Source: Auanema rhodensis (Eukaryota; Animalia; Nematoda). From it: a DNA stretch of 64,000 nt. Positions 63,601 to 64,000 of the stretch are shown one piece after another. The notes below the pieces were generated by a model that worked only from the letters and a program-made list of their open reading frames with translations, had not been told where the DNA came from and did no database searches. The stretch is from NCBI GenBank assembly GCA_964057225.1, contig OZ059894.1, positions 12,648,001 to 12,712,000 of the forward strand, read 5' to 3'. Made by a program: the position numbers and the translations under genes. Each line of letters opens with the position of its first letter. Positions within the stretch are counted from its first letter, which is position 1.

Positions 63601-64000
63601 CTTCTTTACTGTTAAAAACATTATTAACTGGATGATTTGTTTCGAAATTATTGTAAAAATATGAGATTGTTTCAAAATACGTGATTAAATGAAGAAAATA
63701 GAGTAAAATGAATTGGAAAATTTTAAAATATTTTCATGTTTTATTTTTTGAGTATCGAAATATTTAAAATTATATCTTCTTTACTGTTAAAAACATTATT
63801 AAATGAATGATTTGTTTCGAAATTATTGTAAAAATTTGAGATTGTTTCAAAATACGTGATTAAATGAAGAAAATGGAGTAAAATGAATTGGAAAATTATA
63901 AAATATTTTCATGTTTCATTTTTTGAGTATCAAATAAATTAAAATTATATCTACTTTACTGTTAAAAACATTATTAACTGGATTATTTATTTCGAAATTA
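48656..64000. repeat. Tandem satellite array, right segment (about 88 monomers)
   Basis: Satellite resumes at TAATGAACGAATG. Type-C cassettes start at 51489, 55148 and 63498. The array runs off the window end. Confidence 0.99.

Noticed and set aside
1-64000. CRISPR-like repeat/spacer array (conserved block alternating with variable block)
   Set aside because: The variable parts are only a few recurring homologous types, not unique spacers. The unit is about 174 bp, there are no cas genes, and the context is eukaryotic.
1-64000. Assignment to a named species or known satellite family
   Set aside because: AT-richness, YVDN and a tRNA-Gly PBS are compatible with a nematode or other invertebrate, but I cannot match the monomer to a named family without a database search.

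Overview
Eukaryotic (animal-like) AT-rich tandem satellite array of about 320 head-to-tail 173-175 bp monomers. There are three monomer subfamilies (A 173 bp, B 175 bp, C 174-175 bp) arranged in irregular higher-order repeats, with a centromere or heterochromatin-like appearance. The array is interrupted by (i) an intact, very young 6,866-bp BEL/Pao LTR retrotransposon at 14563-21428 (identical 215-bp LTRs, GAACG target-site duplication, tRNA-Gly PBS, gag and pol in different frames joined by a candidate -1 frameshift signal), and (ii) a 200-N assembly gap followed by a 1.2-kb frameshifted non-LTR (R4/Dong-like) reverse-transcriptase fragment. The most interesting signals are these. The element's non-coding parts carry several copies of the TACGTGA motif that is the conserved core of the satellite. 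The BEL insertion, the non-LTR junction and a rare 'CA-GAACG' monomer variant all fall on the same roughly 10 bp of the monomer. About 9.7 kb on either side of the gap is a near-exact duplicate, probably an assembly or haplotype overlap. No host genes, RNA genes or CRISPR arrays are visible.
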